From: Gemmatimonadota bacterium
Lineage (GTDB): Bacteria > Actinomycetota > Actinomycetes > Streptosporangiales > Streptosporangiaceae
Length of the DNA: 64,000 nucleotides
Direction of reading: 5' to 3'
Assembly (NCBI GenBank): GCA_050257395.1
Contig: JBLMWU010000214.1
Coordinates: 3,606 to 67,605, forward strand
Part shown: positions 44,556-54,357 of the stretch, one piece after another
Layout of the letters: every line of letters starts with the position of its first letter
How positions within the stretch are numbered: position 1 is the first letter of the stretch
Program-made: the position numbers and the translations under genes
The notes under the pieces: generated by a model
Seen by the model: the letters and a program-made list of their open reading frames with translations, nothing else
Database searches by the model: none
Told to the model about the DNA's origin: nothing

Positions 44556-46073
44556 GTGAACGAGCTTGTCGTCCGGCACGGCGGCCAGCAGGTGGGCCTG
44601 GTGCCTGGTCAGGCGGCCATCATCGGCCGGGGTGCCGGCAGCATCCTGCGGGTCGATGACCCCCGGGTCTCCCGCGAGCACATCCGGCTGAGCTACGGCC
44701 CGCAGGGCTGGCTGCTGGAGAGCGTGGGCCGCAGCGGCACCTACCTCGCTGGCCAGCCGGTCACCCGGCTGGCGCTCAGCCAGCCGGTGGAGGTCACCCT
44801 GGCGCAGGCGGACGGCCCGCTGCTGCGCTTCGAGCCGGCCGGCGTCCCGGTGGCGGCCCCCGCCCCGCCGGCCCCCGGGGCCCAGCTGCCGCAGCCCGCG
44901 GCCGCCCAGGCGGCACCTGCTCCCCCGCCAGCCCCGGCGGCGCCGGTCCCGCAGGCAGCCCCGCCCGGCTATGGGGCGCCCGCGGGCCAGGTTCCCTACG
45001 GGATGGTGCCGGGCCAGCCCGGCCAGCCCGGCTACCCCGGCCAGCCGCCGCCCGGGGCCGGCTTCGGCGCGCCGCTCACGCCCGGCGGCATGCCCGGCCC
45101 CCGGCCGGCCGACCTGGCGGGCGGCAACATCTTCACCGCGCTGCGGATGCTGGTCCCCATCGCGTCCTGGGTCCGGGACCCGGCGTTCCGCCAGTGGTAC
45201 CGGCTGCTGGTGGCGGTGTACGCGCTGGCGCCGGTGGTCATGCTGGTCGAGCTGCAGCACACCACCAGCCTGACCACGCTCGGCTGGGTGTACTGCCTGT
45301 ACGTGGCGCCGCTGTGGGCCCTGGTCTTCTGGTTCCTCATCCGGCCCGGGCCGCTGGGCCGCCGGGAGATCGTGCTCACCGCGATCTTCGTGGTCGCCGA
45401 GGTGATCCTCATCCCGGTGCTGACCCTGCCCTGGGAGAACGCCCTCGCCCCGGCCAACAGCAGCCACAACCCGTTCTCCTGGACCTACGGGGTCGGCCTG
45501 GCCGAGGAGTTCACCAAGGCGCTGCCGGTGCTGGTGGCCGCGATCGTGCTGGTGGCCCGCAAGACCAAACTCGACGTGCGGATGTGGATGTTCCTCGCGT
45601 GCCTGTCCGGGCTGATGTTCGGGGTGTACGAGGCTTCGGTGGTGTATGTCCCGCTGGACGTGCAGACGGTCGCGCACGGCTTCGCGTTCGGCATCCCGGA
45701 ATTCGTCGAACGGGTCTTCCTCGACGGGCTGCAGCACGCGCTGTGGGCCGGCATCGCCGGGTTCTTCATCGGCCTGGGCGCGAACTACCACCGCCAGCGC
45801 ATCCCGCTGTGGATCTTCGGCCTGGCGCTGCCCTCGGTGCTGCACGGCCTTAACGACTGGGCCACCACCGGGGTGTTCGGGCACAACCTGTGGCCGTGGA
45901 TCGCCATCCAGGCGTTCTCGGTGTTCCTCTTCCTCGGCTACACCGCCTCCGCGGCGTCGATCGAGCGGGAGGTGCGGCACACCCCGATGTTCCGCGGCGA
46001 CTCCATGATCTTCGACGCGTCCCGGCTGCTCCCGCCGCCGGGCGGTCCTCAGGTCCCGCGCGGGCAGGGGTAG
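44556..46073 (+). CDS. FHA domain fused to a PrsW/CAAX-type intramembrane protease domain
   Basis: N-terminal FHA (AAIIGRGAGSILRVDDPRVSREHIRL...SGTYLAG), then a Pro/Ala-rich linker, then about 8 TM helices. Motifs EEFTK (EExxK), FLDGLQH and HGLND (HxxxD/N) match PrsW/Rce1-type proteases. Confidence 0.7.
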   Translation: MNELVVRHGGQQVGLVPGQAAIIGRGAGSILRVDDPRVSREHIRLSYGPQGWLLESVGRSGTYLAGQPVTRLALSQPVEVTLAQADGPLLRFEPAGVPVAAPAPPAPGAQLPQPAAAQAAPAPPPAPAAPVPQAAPPGYGAPAGQVPYGMVPGQPGQPGYPGQPPPGAGFGAPLTPGGMPGPRPADLAGGNIFTALRMLVPIASWVRDPAFRQWYRLLVAVYALAPVVMLVELQHTTSLTTLGWVYCLYVAPLWALVFWFLIRPGPLGRREIVLTAIFVVAEVILIPVLTLPWENALAPANSSHNPFSWTYGVGLAEEFTKALPVLVAAIVLVARKTKLDVRMWMFLACLSGLMFGVYEASVVYVPLDVQTVAHGFAFGIPEFVERVFLDGLQHALWAGIAGFFIGLGANYHRQRIPLWIFGLALPSVLHGLNDWATTGVFGHNLWPWIAIQAFSVFLFLGYTASAASIEREVRHTPMFRGDSMIFDASRLLPPPGGPQVPRGQG

Positions 46074-47822
46074 AACGCCGAGCCGTCCAGGTTGACGTTC
46101 AGCTTGAGCGCGGCGAAGCCGTCCGCCGGGGCATAGACGGCATGGCAGAACGAACTGAACCGGTGCTGGCCCCGGCAGCGCTGGCCGGGGTCGCACACGT
46201 AGCGGTCGGCCCCGTACTCGGCCTCGCCGGCCCACTTGCCGGTGGGCTGACGGCGGGTCACGTCGGCGGTGAAGGCGTCCCAGCCGCACGGGGTGCGGCC
46301 GCGCAGGCCGGTGCAGGTGATCCCGTACTGGCGGCTGCCGCGGAACTGCGCGGCGAAGCAGGCGTGATTGAGGTAGCACTCCTCGACCACGGCGCCGTCC
46401 GTGTAGCGGCGTCCCCACCAGGACAGGTAGGGCGAGTTCTTCCACAGGGCGGTCATCCCGTAGCGGTGCACCTCGTTGAAGGCGTAGGCGAGGAAGTTCT
46501 GCGCGTCACCGGGGGTCAGCATGAACCCGGTGGTGGACGGCGGGTCGAAGCTGTCGATGTCGTCCAGCTCGACCGCGTCGAAGCCCTTGCGCGCGCACAT
46601 CGCGATGCGCTCGCGCAGCATCGGCGCCAGCGCGCCCAGCTGCCGGAAGTCGACCCAGCGCTCCTCCGGGTAGCCGTAGTAGACCTTGCCGAGCGCGGCG
46701 GCCGGGAACCAGCGGCCCCGCGGTGACGGGCTCGCGTCGGGCCGGTAGTCCTCCCAGGCCAGGTCCAGGTAGCAGACCGCCCGCGGGTGCGCGATGGTGC
46801 TGGCCTGCCAGCTGGTGCGGATCGCGCGGACCTGCGCCGCGGTGGTCAGGAAGCCGTCCACGTCGTACATGTCCACCGCGCGCCTGCCGGTCCGCTGCAG
46901 CGGGGTGACCCGGCCGATCTGCCAGTCCCACCGCATCGGGCGGCGGCCCGCGGCCCCGCGGGAGGCGGCCAGGTGCGGCGGGTACCAGCACGGGTGCTGG
47001 CGCGCGGCCAGGCAGGCCACCGGCGCGGGCAGCGGCACCACGTCCCAGCCGAACCGGATCACGCTGGCGCCCGCGTGGTCGGCGGTGAGCACCGCGACCT
47101 GGTGCCGGCCGGGCCGCAGCGGGCCGGTGTAGAAGGTGCGCGCGGCAGGCAGCGCGTGCCACGGCCCGCCGTCGATCCGGAACCGCTGCCGCGGCTGCCC
47201 GTCCGCGGCGTTGTAGTGCGGGGCGGTGACCTGGAAGTATTCCTCCGCCGACGCGGTGCGCCGCTCGGGGGTGCCGTTGATGAACGCCGCGGCGGGCCGC
47301 TGGTGCGCCGGGTACGCCAGCACCCGCACCGCGCCGAGGCGGCTGACCGAGCGGCGGACGACCCGGAACGTGAACGTGGCCGGCCGGGTCTCGACCACCT
47401 CGGCGGCGGTCTCGGTGAGCCGCAGCCGCCGGCCGGTGTCGCTGTGCGCCACCCGGTGGCGGGCGGCGGCGAAGGGGGTGACGGGCGAGTCCGCCGCGGT
47501 CACGCAGTGCGTGCCGTCAGCCCGGCAGCTCTGCCACGCGTAGCCGACCTCGAAGGTGAGCAGCCGCATCCCATGCGGCAGCCGCGGCACCCGCCAGGCC
47601 AGCCCGGTCGCGGCCACCATCGCGCCGTCGCGCGGGCGGCCGTTGATCCGCAGGCTGCCCCGCGGCGCCGGCGGCGGGACCGGCTGGCCGGCCGTGGCGG
47701 CGGGTGCCGCCCGCGGCGGGTCAGCCGCGGCGCCGGCGGCCGGCGGGGCCAGCCCCAGCAGCGCCGCGGCCGCGGTGAGGCCGGCCAGCCGGCCGGCCCA
47801 GGCGGGCAGGGCTGCGGGCATG
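46049..47822 (-). CDS. Secreted GH114-like (endo-alpha-1,4-polygalactosaminidase-type TIM barrel) protein with Cys-rich C-terminal domain
   Basis: Signal peptide MPAALPAWAGRLAGLTAAAALLGLAPPAAGAAA. The VDMYDVDGF...CYLDLAWEDY...KGFDAVELDDIDSF block resembles GH114/GHL catalytic regions. Start at the ATG with RBS GGAGGTGG. Confidence 0.6.
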
Positions 47823-47844
47823 GCCGTCCACCTCCGCGGCAGGG

Positions 47845-49140
47845 TCAGCGGCGGAAGGCCGCGGGCAGCAGGTCCGCGTGCGCGGCGAACAGCTCGTCGC
47901 ACATCGCGATGGTCTCCGCCGTGGTCAGGGTGGCCGAGGTGTTCGGGTCGAGCAGCGCGGCCTGGTAGACGTGCTCGCGGGACTCCGCCAGCGCAGCCTT
48001 CACGGTCAGCTCGGCCACGTTGAGGAAGGTCCGGTTGAGCGCGGCGAGCTGCGGCGGCAGCGCGCCGATCGCCACCGGCTTGGCGCCGCCCGCGCCGACG
48101 GTGCAGGGCACCTCGACGCAGCACTCATCGGGCAGGCTGGAGATCAGGCCGCCGTTGCGGATGTTCACGTGCAGCTCGCGTTCCCGGCCGGTCTCCAGCG
48201 AGTGGATGAACAGCGACGCCAGCTCGTGCGTGGGCGCCAGGTCGAGCGGCTCATCCGACTCCAGCGCGCGCTCCAGCGATGCGAGCTCGCGCAGGTTCTC
48301 CTCGGACCGGGCCAGGTAGTCGCCCACGAAGATGCGGAACTGCCCGATCTGCGAGTCGTGGCGCATGAACCACGGCACGTACTCGGCGGAATGCTCGCTG
48401 GACTCGGTCGGGAAGTAGCCGAACCGGCGGAAGATCTCCACCCGCACCCGGCGCTGCAGCTCCGGGGAGCCGTCGATGACCTCGGCCAGCCGCGGGTACA
48501 GGGACTCGCCGTCCTGCTCGAAACGCAGCACGAACGCCTGGTGGTTGAAGCCCGCCGTGACGAAGCGGACGCGGTCCGGGTCCGCGCCGACCAGCCCGGT
48601 GAGGAACGCCTGGGTGTCGCGCACCGAGTGGCACAGCCCGAACACCCGGCCAAAGGGCGTCCCCTCGTACACGGCCCAGGGCAGCATGGCCATCGGGTTG
48701 CTGTAGCTGAGCAGGTACGCGTCCGGGCACACCGCCAGCATGTCGGTGGCGAGCGCGGTCACCACCGGGATGGTCCGCAGGCCGCGGAAGATCCCGCCGA
48801 TGCCGATCGTGTCCCCGATGGTCTGCCGCACGCCGTACCGGGCCGGGATGCCGAAGTCGGCGCGGGTCGCGTCGTAGCCGCCGACCTGCACCTCGTTGAT
48901 CACGTAGCGGGCGCCCGCCAGCGCCTCCCGCCGGTCCATGCTGGCGGACACGGCCGCGCCGCTGCCGGTCTGCGCCACGATCCTGCTGGCCAGCCGCTCG
49001 GCGTGGGCCAGCCGGGCGGCGCTGATGTCGTACAGCGCGAGTTCCAGGCCGTCCCACAGCTCCGGGTAGCTGCACAGGTCGGTGACCACGTTGCGGGTGA
49101 ACTCGATGCTGCCTGCGCCGATGAACGTCACCTTGAGCAC
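47845..49140 (-). CDS. Glycoside hydrolase family 4 (NAD+/Mn2+-dependent alpha-glycosidase)
   Basis: N-terminal KVTFIGAGS Rossmann motif and the SNPM / CHS catalytic motifs are present. Confidence 0.8.
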   Translation of the reverse strand: MLKVTFIGAGSIEFTRNVVTDLCSYPELWDGLELALYDISAARLAHAERLASRIVAQTGSGAAVSASMDRREALAGARYVINEVQVGGYDATRADFGIPARYGVRQTIGDTIGIGGIFRGLRTIPVVTALATDMLAVCPDAYLLSYSNPMAMLPWAVYEGTPFGRVFGLCHSVRDTQAFLTGLVGADPDRVRFVTAGFNHQAFVLRFEQDGESLYPRLAEVIDGSPELQRRVRVEIFRRFGYFPTESSEHSAEYVPWFMRHDSQIGQFRIFVGDYLARSEENLRELASLERALESDEPLDLAPTHELASLFIHSLETGRERELHVNIRNGGLISSLPDECCVEVPCTVGAGGAKPVAIGALPPQLAALNRTFLNVAELTVKAALAESREHVYQAALLDPNTSATLTTAETIAMCDELFAAHADLLPAAFRR

Positions 49141-49315
49141 GGTTCGTTAGTGTTCCATCCGGCCTGTTTTCGCGCAAGACTGCGCATCTAGTGCGCTTCC
49201 GGGGCTTGACACTCGGGTCGCCGATGCACAAACTTGTCGGCAATTCACAGGATCTGCGCAACTTGAATCGTGAGCAGGCTTGGCTCGCACCAGGTCCCGG
49301 CCGGAGAAGGAGAGC

Positions 49316-50602
49316 ATGATGCCCAAGCGCCGGCTGCGCGTCACCCTGGCAGGCTCACTCGCTGCGCTCGCCGTCGTCCTGGCCGCGTGCGGCACCGACA
49401 GCACCGGCGGTGGCGGCGGCAGCATCCAGCTCTGGGAGGGCTACACCGGCCCCGACGCCAAGCCGTTCGCGCACCTGGTGAGCGAGTACAACGCCACCCA
49501 TCCGGGCCAGCACGTGGCCACCCTGTTCGTCAACAACGACAACACGCTGCAGAAGGTGCTGACCGCGGTGCGCGGCGGCAGCCCGCCCGACATCGCCTAC
49601 CTCTACGGCTCGTGGGCGCCGAACGTCGCGCAGATCCCGCAGGTGGTCAACCTGACCGGCGTGGTCCGCCGCCCGGGCGTCAACTGGAACGACTTCTGGG
49701 TCGGCGAGCGGGCCGTGGCCACCGTCAACGGCAAAGTGATCGGCATCCCGGCGCTGGTGGACAACCTGGCCGTGGTCTACAACAAGACGCTGTTCGCCCG
49801 GGCCGGCCTGCAGCCGCCAAGCGCCAGCTGGACCTGGCAGCAGTTCCAGGCCGACGCGCAGAAGCTGACCGACCCGGCGCGCAAGCAGTACGGGACGGCG
49901 TACGTCACCCCGGGCACCGAGGACACGGTCTGGCATTGGGAAGCCCTGCTATGGGAGGCCGGCGGCCAGCTGCTGACCGCTGACGGCAAGAAGGCCGCGT
50001 TCAACTCCCCCGCGGGGCTGGCGTCGCTGAACACCCTGCGCACGATGGCCGTGTCCGACCATTCGATGTACCTGGACCCGACCGACTCGGCCTACGCCAA
50101 CCTGTTCAACTCCGGCCGGATCGGGATGCTGGTCACCGGCCCGTGGGACCTGGGGAACTTCCCGAACGTGCACTACGGCGTGCAGGTCATGCCGTCCTAC
50201 CCGGGCACCAGCGGCGGCCACCAGACGATCTCCGGCCCGGACAACTGGGTGGTGTTCAACAACGGCGCCAGCCGGGTGGCCGCGGCGGAGAAGTTCCTGC
50301 TCTGGCTCACCGCGCCCGCTCAGGTCCGGTACTTCTCGCTGCACAGCGGCGAGCTGCCGACCCGCCAGTCGGTGGGCAACGCCGCGTTCAGCCAGCAGAT
50401 GGACGCCGCGCTGCCCGGGGTCGGCGCCTTCATCGGCAACCTGGCCAACGTCCGGCAGGCCCGCCCGCAGATCCCGCAGTACCCGAAGATCTCCCAGGTG
50501 CTGGGCACCATGGTGGTGTCGGTGCTGCTGGGCAAGAGCCAGCCGCAGGCGGCCCTGAGCTCGGCGGCCCAGCAGGTCAACCAGATCCTGGCCACCGGCT
50601 GA
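49316..50602 (+). CDS. Sugar ABC transporter substrate-binding lipoprotein
   Basis: RBS AAGGAGAG then ATG. Lipobox LAACGTDS. About 430 aa, family-1 SBP. Confidence 0.8.
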   Translation: MMPKRRLRVTLAGSLAALAVVLAACGTDSTGGGGGSIQLWEGYTGPDAKPFAHLVSEYNATHPGQHVATLFVNNDNTLQKVLTAVRGGSPPDIAYLYGSWAPNVAQIPQVVNLTGVVRRPGVNWNDFWVGERAVATVNGKVIGIPALVDNLAVVYNKTLFARAGLQPPSASWTWQQFQADAQKLTDPARKQYGTAYVTPGTEDTVWHWEALLWEAGGQLLTADGKKAAFNSPAGLASLNTLRTMAVSDHSMYLDPTDSAYANLFNSGRIGMLVTGPWDLGNFPNVHYGVQVMPSYPGTSGGHQTISGPDNWVVFNNGASRVAAAEKFLLWLTAPAQVRYFSLHSGELPTRQSVGNAAFSQQMDAALPGVGAFIGNLANVRQARPQIPQYPKISQVLGTMVVSVLLGKSQPQAALSSAAQQVNQILATG

Positions 50603-50603
50603 C

Positions 50604-51572
50604 GTGACCCGCACGGACACGCTGCTGCGCCGGGACCGCGCCGGCCGGGACCGCTCCCGGCGGGCGCGGCCCGGGCCGGGGCGCCAGCGGCGCACCAGGG
50701 TGCTGAGCTCGGAGCAGTTCGCCGGCTGGTCGTTCGTGACCCCGGGGGCCGCCGTCATCCTGCTGTTCGGCGCGGCGCCGATCGTGTGGTCGATGGTGAT
50801 GTCCTTCCAGCACTCCACGCTGTCGCCGGGCACCCCGTTCGTGGGCCTGCGCAACTACCGGCAGCTCGTCCACGACCCGGTGGTGGTGCAGGCGATCGGC
50901 CACACGCTGGTGTACACCGCGCTGTTCGTGCCCGGCACGATGATCGCCGGGCTGTTCCTCGCGGTGGCGATGAACCGGAAGATCCGGTTCCTCTGGCTCT
51001 ACCGGACCGCCGCCTACGCCACCATGGCGATCTCCACGATCAGCGAGGCGATCGTCTTCATCTGGCTGTTCGACCCGTCTTACGGGATCGTCAACTACCT
51101 GCTCGGGCTGTTCGGGGTGCCGCCGCAGCAGTTCCTCAACTCCCCCTCGCAGGCGCTGTACGTGATCGTGGTGATGACGGTCTGGGGCTGGACCGGCTTC
51201 GCGGTCGTCATCTACCTGGCCGCGCTGCAGGGGATTCCGCAGGTCCTCACCGAGGCGGCGGCCATCGACGGGGCCGGCCCCTGGCGGACGTTCCGCCGGA
51301 TCACCCTGCCGCTGCTGAGCCCGGCGTCGCTGTTCCTGGCGGTGTGGCTGACCATCAACGCGCTGCAGCTGTTCGACGAGGTGTACCTGAGCACCCAGGG
51401 CGGGCCGCTGAACGCCACCACCGTGCTCGTCTACTACCTCTACGTGCAGGCGTTCCAGAACTTCGACTTCGGTTACGCCTCCGCGATCGCCTACTTCCTG
51501 TTCCTCATCATCATCGTGGTCACCGCCATCCAGTTCCGGGTCGGCAGGCGGCTGACCTACTACCGGTCATGA
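50604..51572 (+). CDS. Sugar ABC transporter permease (MalF-like)
   Basis: Six TM helices; EAA-like loop AAAIDGAGPWRTFRRITLPLL. Confidence 0.8.
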   Translation: MTRTDTLLRRDRAGRDRSRRARPGPGRQRRTRVLSSEQFAGWSFVTPGAAVILLFGAAPIVWSMVMSFQHSTLSPGTPFVGLRNYRQLVHDPVVVQAIGHTLVYTALFVPGTMIAGLFLAVAMNRKIRFLWLYRTAAYATMAISTISEAIVFIWLFDPSYGIVNYLLGLFGVPPQQFLNSPSQALYVIVVMTVWGWTGFAVVIYLAALQGIPQVLTEAAAIDGAGPWRTFRRITLPLLSPASLFLAVWLTINALQLFDEVYLSTQGGPLNATTVLVYYLYVQAFQNFDFGYASAIAYFLFLIIIVVTAIQFRVGRRLTYYRS

Positions 51573-52441
51573 CGGCGGCCCCGGTCCCGGCCGCCCGCCG
51601 GCGGCGGCTGCCGTTCAGCCCCTGGCACCTGGTGCTGGTCCCGGCGACAGTGGTGCTGATCTTCCCATTCGCGTGGCTGGTCATCACCTCGCTGGAGACC
51701 CCGGCCGAGGCGCTGCACTTCCCGCCGGTGCTGCTCCCCCACCGGCTGCAGGCCGGCAACTACCCGGCGGCGCTGGCGAGCGCGCCGTTCACCCGGTTCT
51801 TCGTCAACAGCGCCCTCGTCGCGGTCGTCACCGTGCTGTCGAACCTGGTGCTGTGCTCGCTGGCCGGGTACGCGTTCGCCCGGTTCCGCTTCCTGGGCCG
51901 CGGCGCCCTGTTCGCCGTGATCATGGCGACGCTGATGGTGCCGTTCCAGGTCACGATGATCCCGCAGTTCATCATCACCAAGTGGCTCGGCGTGCACGTG
52001 CTGGCCGCGGTCGGCATCAACCATCTCGGCGCGCTCATCCTGCCGAACGCGGCGACCGCCTTCGGGATCTTCTTCCTGCGCCAGTTCTTCCGCACGCTGC
52101 CGCTGGAGTACGAGGAGTCGGCGCGGGTGGACGGGGCCAGCCGGCTCACCGTGCTGTGGCGGATCGTGCTGCCGCTCGCCACCCCGGCGCTGGCCACCCT
52201 GGCCGCGCTCACCTTCCTCGACTCGTGGAACAACTTCCTGTGGCCGCTGATCGCCATCACGTCCACGGACAAGATGACGCTCCCGCTCGGCCTGGCGACC
52301 TTCCAGGGCGCGCACTCGACCGAATGGCCGCTGCTGATGGCCGGCAACGTCATGAGCCTCGCGCCGATGATGGTGATCTTCTTCGTGGCCCAGCGCTACT
52401 TCGTGCGGTCCATCGCCGCCACCGGCCTCGCCGGGACCTGA
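51569..52441 (+). CDS. Sugar ABC transporter permease (MalG-like)
   Basis: ATGA overlap with the upstream permease; EAA loop ESARVDGASRLTVLWRIVLPL. Confidence 0.8.
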   Translation: MTAAPVPAARRRRLPFSPWHLVLVPATVVLIFPFAWLVITSLETPAEALHFPPVLLPHRLQAGNYPAALASAPFTRFFVNSALVAVVTVLSNLVLCSLAGYAFARFRFLGRGALFAVIMATLMVPFQVTMIPQFIITKWLGVHVLAAVGINHLGALILPNAATAFGIFFLRQFFRTLPLEYEESARVDGASRLTVLWRIVLPLATPALATLAALTFLDSWNNFLWPLIAITSTDKMTLPLGLATFQGAHSTEWPLLMAGNVMSLAPMMVIFFVAQRYFVRSIAATGLAGT

Positions 52442-52483
52442 GCACACCAGCCCCGGCAGCAGTGAGAGGAAAGGAAACATCGC

Positions 52484-53389
52484 ATGGGCAACGAGGCCAC
52501 CGCAGGCGCCGGCACCGAACGGGAGGTGGCGTCGCAGCCAGCCTGCTGGCGGCGGGCCGCTGACCTGGCCGCCAGCGCCGCCGGGGTGCTGCCGGCCAGC
52601 GGCGAGCGGGTCGCGGTCGCCGGCTGCGGCACGTCCTGGTTCATGGCCCAGTCCTACGCGGCCGCCCGGGAGGCGGCCGGGCACGGGGAGACCGACGCGT
52701 TCGCCGCCTCCGAGATGCCGCCCGGCCGCCGCTACGACCGGGTCCTGGTGCTGTCGCGCTCCGGCACGACCACCGAGATCGTCGACCTGCTGACCCGGCT
52801 GCGCGGCCGGGTGCCCACGGTCGCGATCACCGCTGTCACGGGCACGCCGGTGGCCGAGGCCGCGGACGCGGTGGTGGACCTCGGCTTCGCGGACGAGGAA
52901 TCCGTGGTGCAGACCCGGTTCGCCACCACCGAGCTGGCGCTGCTTCGCATCCACCTGGGTCACGACATCGGGCCGGTGGCGGACGCGGCCGAGCGGGTGC
53001 TGGCCGAGCCGCTGCCCGCGGACCTGACCGGCGCCCGCCAGTTCACCTTCCTCGGCACCGGCTGGACCTACGGGCTCGCCAACGAGGCGGCGCTCAAGCT
53101 CCGGGAGTCGGCCGGGCTGTGGACCGAGGCGTACCCGGCCATGGAGTACCGGCACGGGCCGGCCGCCGTCACCGCGGCGGGCAGCGTGGTCTGGGTGTTC
53201 GGCGCCCCGCCCGACGGGCTGGCGGCAGAGGTCGCGGCCGCGGGCGGCGTGGCCTGGCACACCGGCGAGGACCCGCTGGCCGAGCTGGTCCGGGTGCACG
53301 TGCTCGCCGTGGCCGTGGCCCGCGCCCGCGGGCTGGACCCGGACCGGCCGCGCAACCTCGCCCGGTCCGTCATCCTCACCCCGCGCTGA
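52484..53389 (+). CDS. SIS-domain sugar-phosphate isomerase/deaminase (AgaS/GlmS-C-like)
   Basis: VAGCGTSWFMAQS and VLVLSRSGTTTE SIS motifs are present. Confidence 0.7.
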   Translation: MGNEATAGAGTEREVASQPACWRRAADLAASAAGVLPASGERVAVAGCGTSWFMAQSYAAAREAAGHGETDAFAASEMPPGRRYDRVLVLSRSGTTTEIVDLLTRLRGRVPTVAITAVTGTPVAEAADAVVDLGFADEESVVQTRFATTELALLRIHLGHDIGPVADAAERVLAEPLPADLTGARQFTFLGTGWTYGLANEAALKLRESAGLWTEAYPAMEYRHGPAAVTAAGSVVWVFGAPPDGLAAEVAAAGGVAWHTGEDPLAELVRVHVLAVAVARARGLDPDRPRNLARSVILTPR

Positions 53390-53403
53390 CCGGGCGGCCC
53401 GCC

Positions 53404-54357
53404 GTGATCCTCGTCGTCTGCCTCAACCCGGCGCTGGACATCACCCACCAGGTGATGGCGGTGGACTGGGCCGGGGTGAACCGGCCCGGCGCGGTGCACA
53501 CGAGGCCCGGCGGCAAAGGCCTGAACGTCGCCCGCACGCTGCACGCGGTCGGTGCCGGGGTGCTGGTCATGGGGCTGGCCGGCGGCACCACCGGGGCAGC
53601 GGTGACCGGTGCCCTGGCCGGTCTCGGGGTGCCCGCCGCGTTCACCCCGGCCGCCGGGGAGACCCGGCGGACGTTCACCGTCGTGGACGGCCGGGCCGGC
53701 ACGACCGCGCTGTTCAGCGAGCCCGGCCCGGAGATCAGTGCCGCGGAGTACACGCTGTTCACCGGCGCGTACGCGGCCGCCCTGCCGGGTGCCGCCGCGG
53801 TGGTGCTGTCCGGCAGCCTGCCGCCGGGCGTCCCGGCGGACGCCTACGCCGTGCTCGGCGCGATGGCCGCGGCGGCCGGGGTGCCGGTGCTGCTGGACGC
53901 GCACGGGGAGCCGCTGCGGCTGGGTGCCGCGGCCGGGCCCGCGATCGTCAAGCCCAACCTCGCCGAGCTGGAGGCCCTGGCCGGCCGCAGCCTGTCCACC
54001 GCCCGCGGCGCCGACCGGCGGGCCGTGGCATCCGCCGCCCGGGAGCTGCGGGCCGCGGGCGCGCAGGCGGTGGTCGTCACGCTCGGGCCGGACGGGCTGC
54101 ACGCCGTGACCGGCGACGGCAGCTGGGACGCGGCGCCCCCGGCCGTCGCCGCGGGCAACCCCACCGGCGCGGGCGACGCCGTCGCGGCGGGCCTGGCACA
54201 CGGCCTGATCCTGGGCCGCCCCTGGGACGAGCGGCTGCGGCACGCGGTCGCCCTCGGCACCGCGTCAGCCGCCGCGCCGGTCGCCGGCGAGTTCAGCCAC
54301 TCCCACTACTCCGACCTGCTGGCGCAGGTCAGGGTCGGCCGCAGCGAGATGCACTGA
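53404..54357 (+). CDS. PfkB-family hexose-phosphate kinase (tagatose-6-phosphate / 1-phosphofructokinase type)
   Basis: GTG start. VCLNPALD and GGKGLNVARTL N-terminal motifs and the C-terminal NPTGAGDA are present. Confidence 0.7.
   Translation: MILVVCLNPALDITHQVMAVDWAGVNRPGAVHTRPGGKGLNVARTLHAVGAGVLVMGLAGGTTGAAVTGALAGLGVPAAFTPAAGETRRTFTVVDGRAGTTALFSEPGPEISAAEYTLFTGAYAAALPGAAAVVLSGSLPPGVPADAYAVLGAMAAAAGVPVLLDAHGEPLRLGAAAGPAIVKPNLAELEALAGRSLSTARGADRRAVASAARELRAAGAQAVVVTLGPDGLHAVTGDGSWDAAPPAVAAGNPTGAGDAVAAGLAHGLILGRPWDERLRHAVALGTASAAAPVAGEFSHSHYSDLLAQVRVGRSEMH

Noticed and set aside
50786-52441. 551-aa ORF spanning both ABC permease genes
   Set aside because: It is a frame artefact. The real genes are 50604-51572 and 51569-52441 (ATGA overlap), each with permease EAA-loop motifs.
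53119-53403. N-terminal extension of the PfkB kinase ORF (Arg/Gly-rich)
   Set aside because: It overlaps the SIS gene in another frame. The kinase fold begins at VILVVCLNPALD, so I placed the start at GTG 53404.
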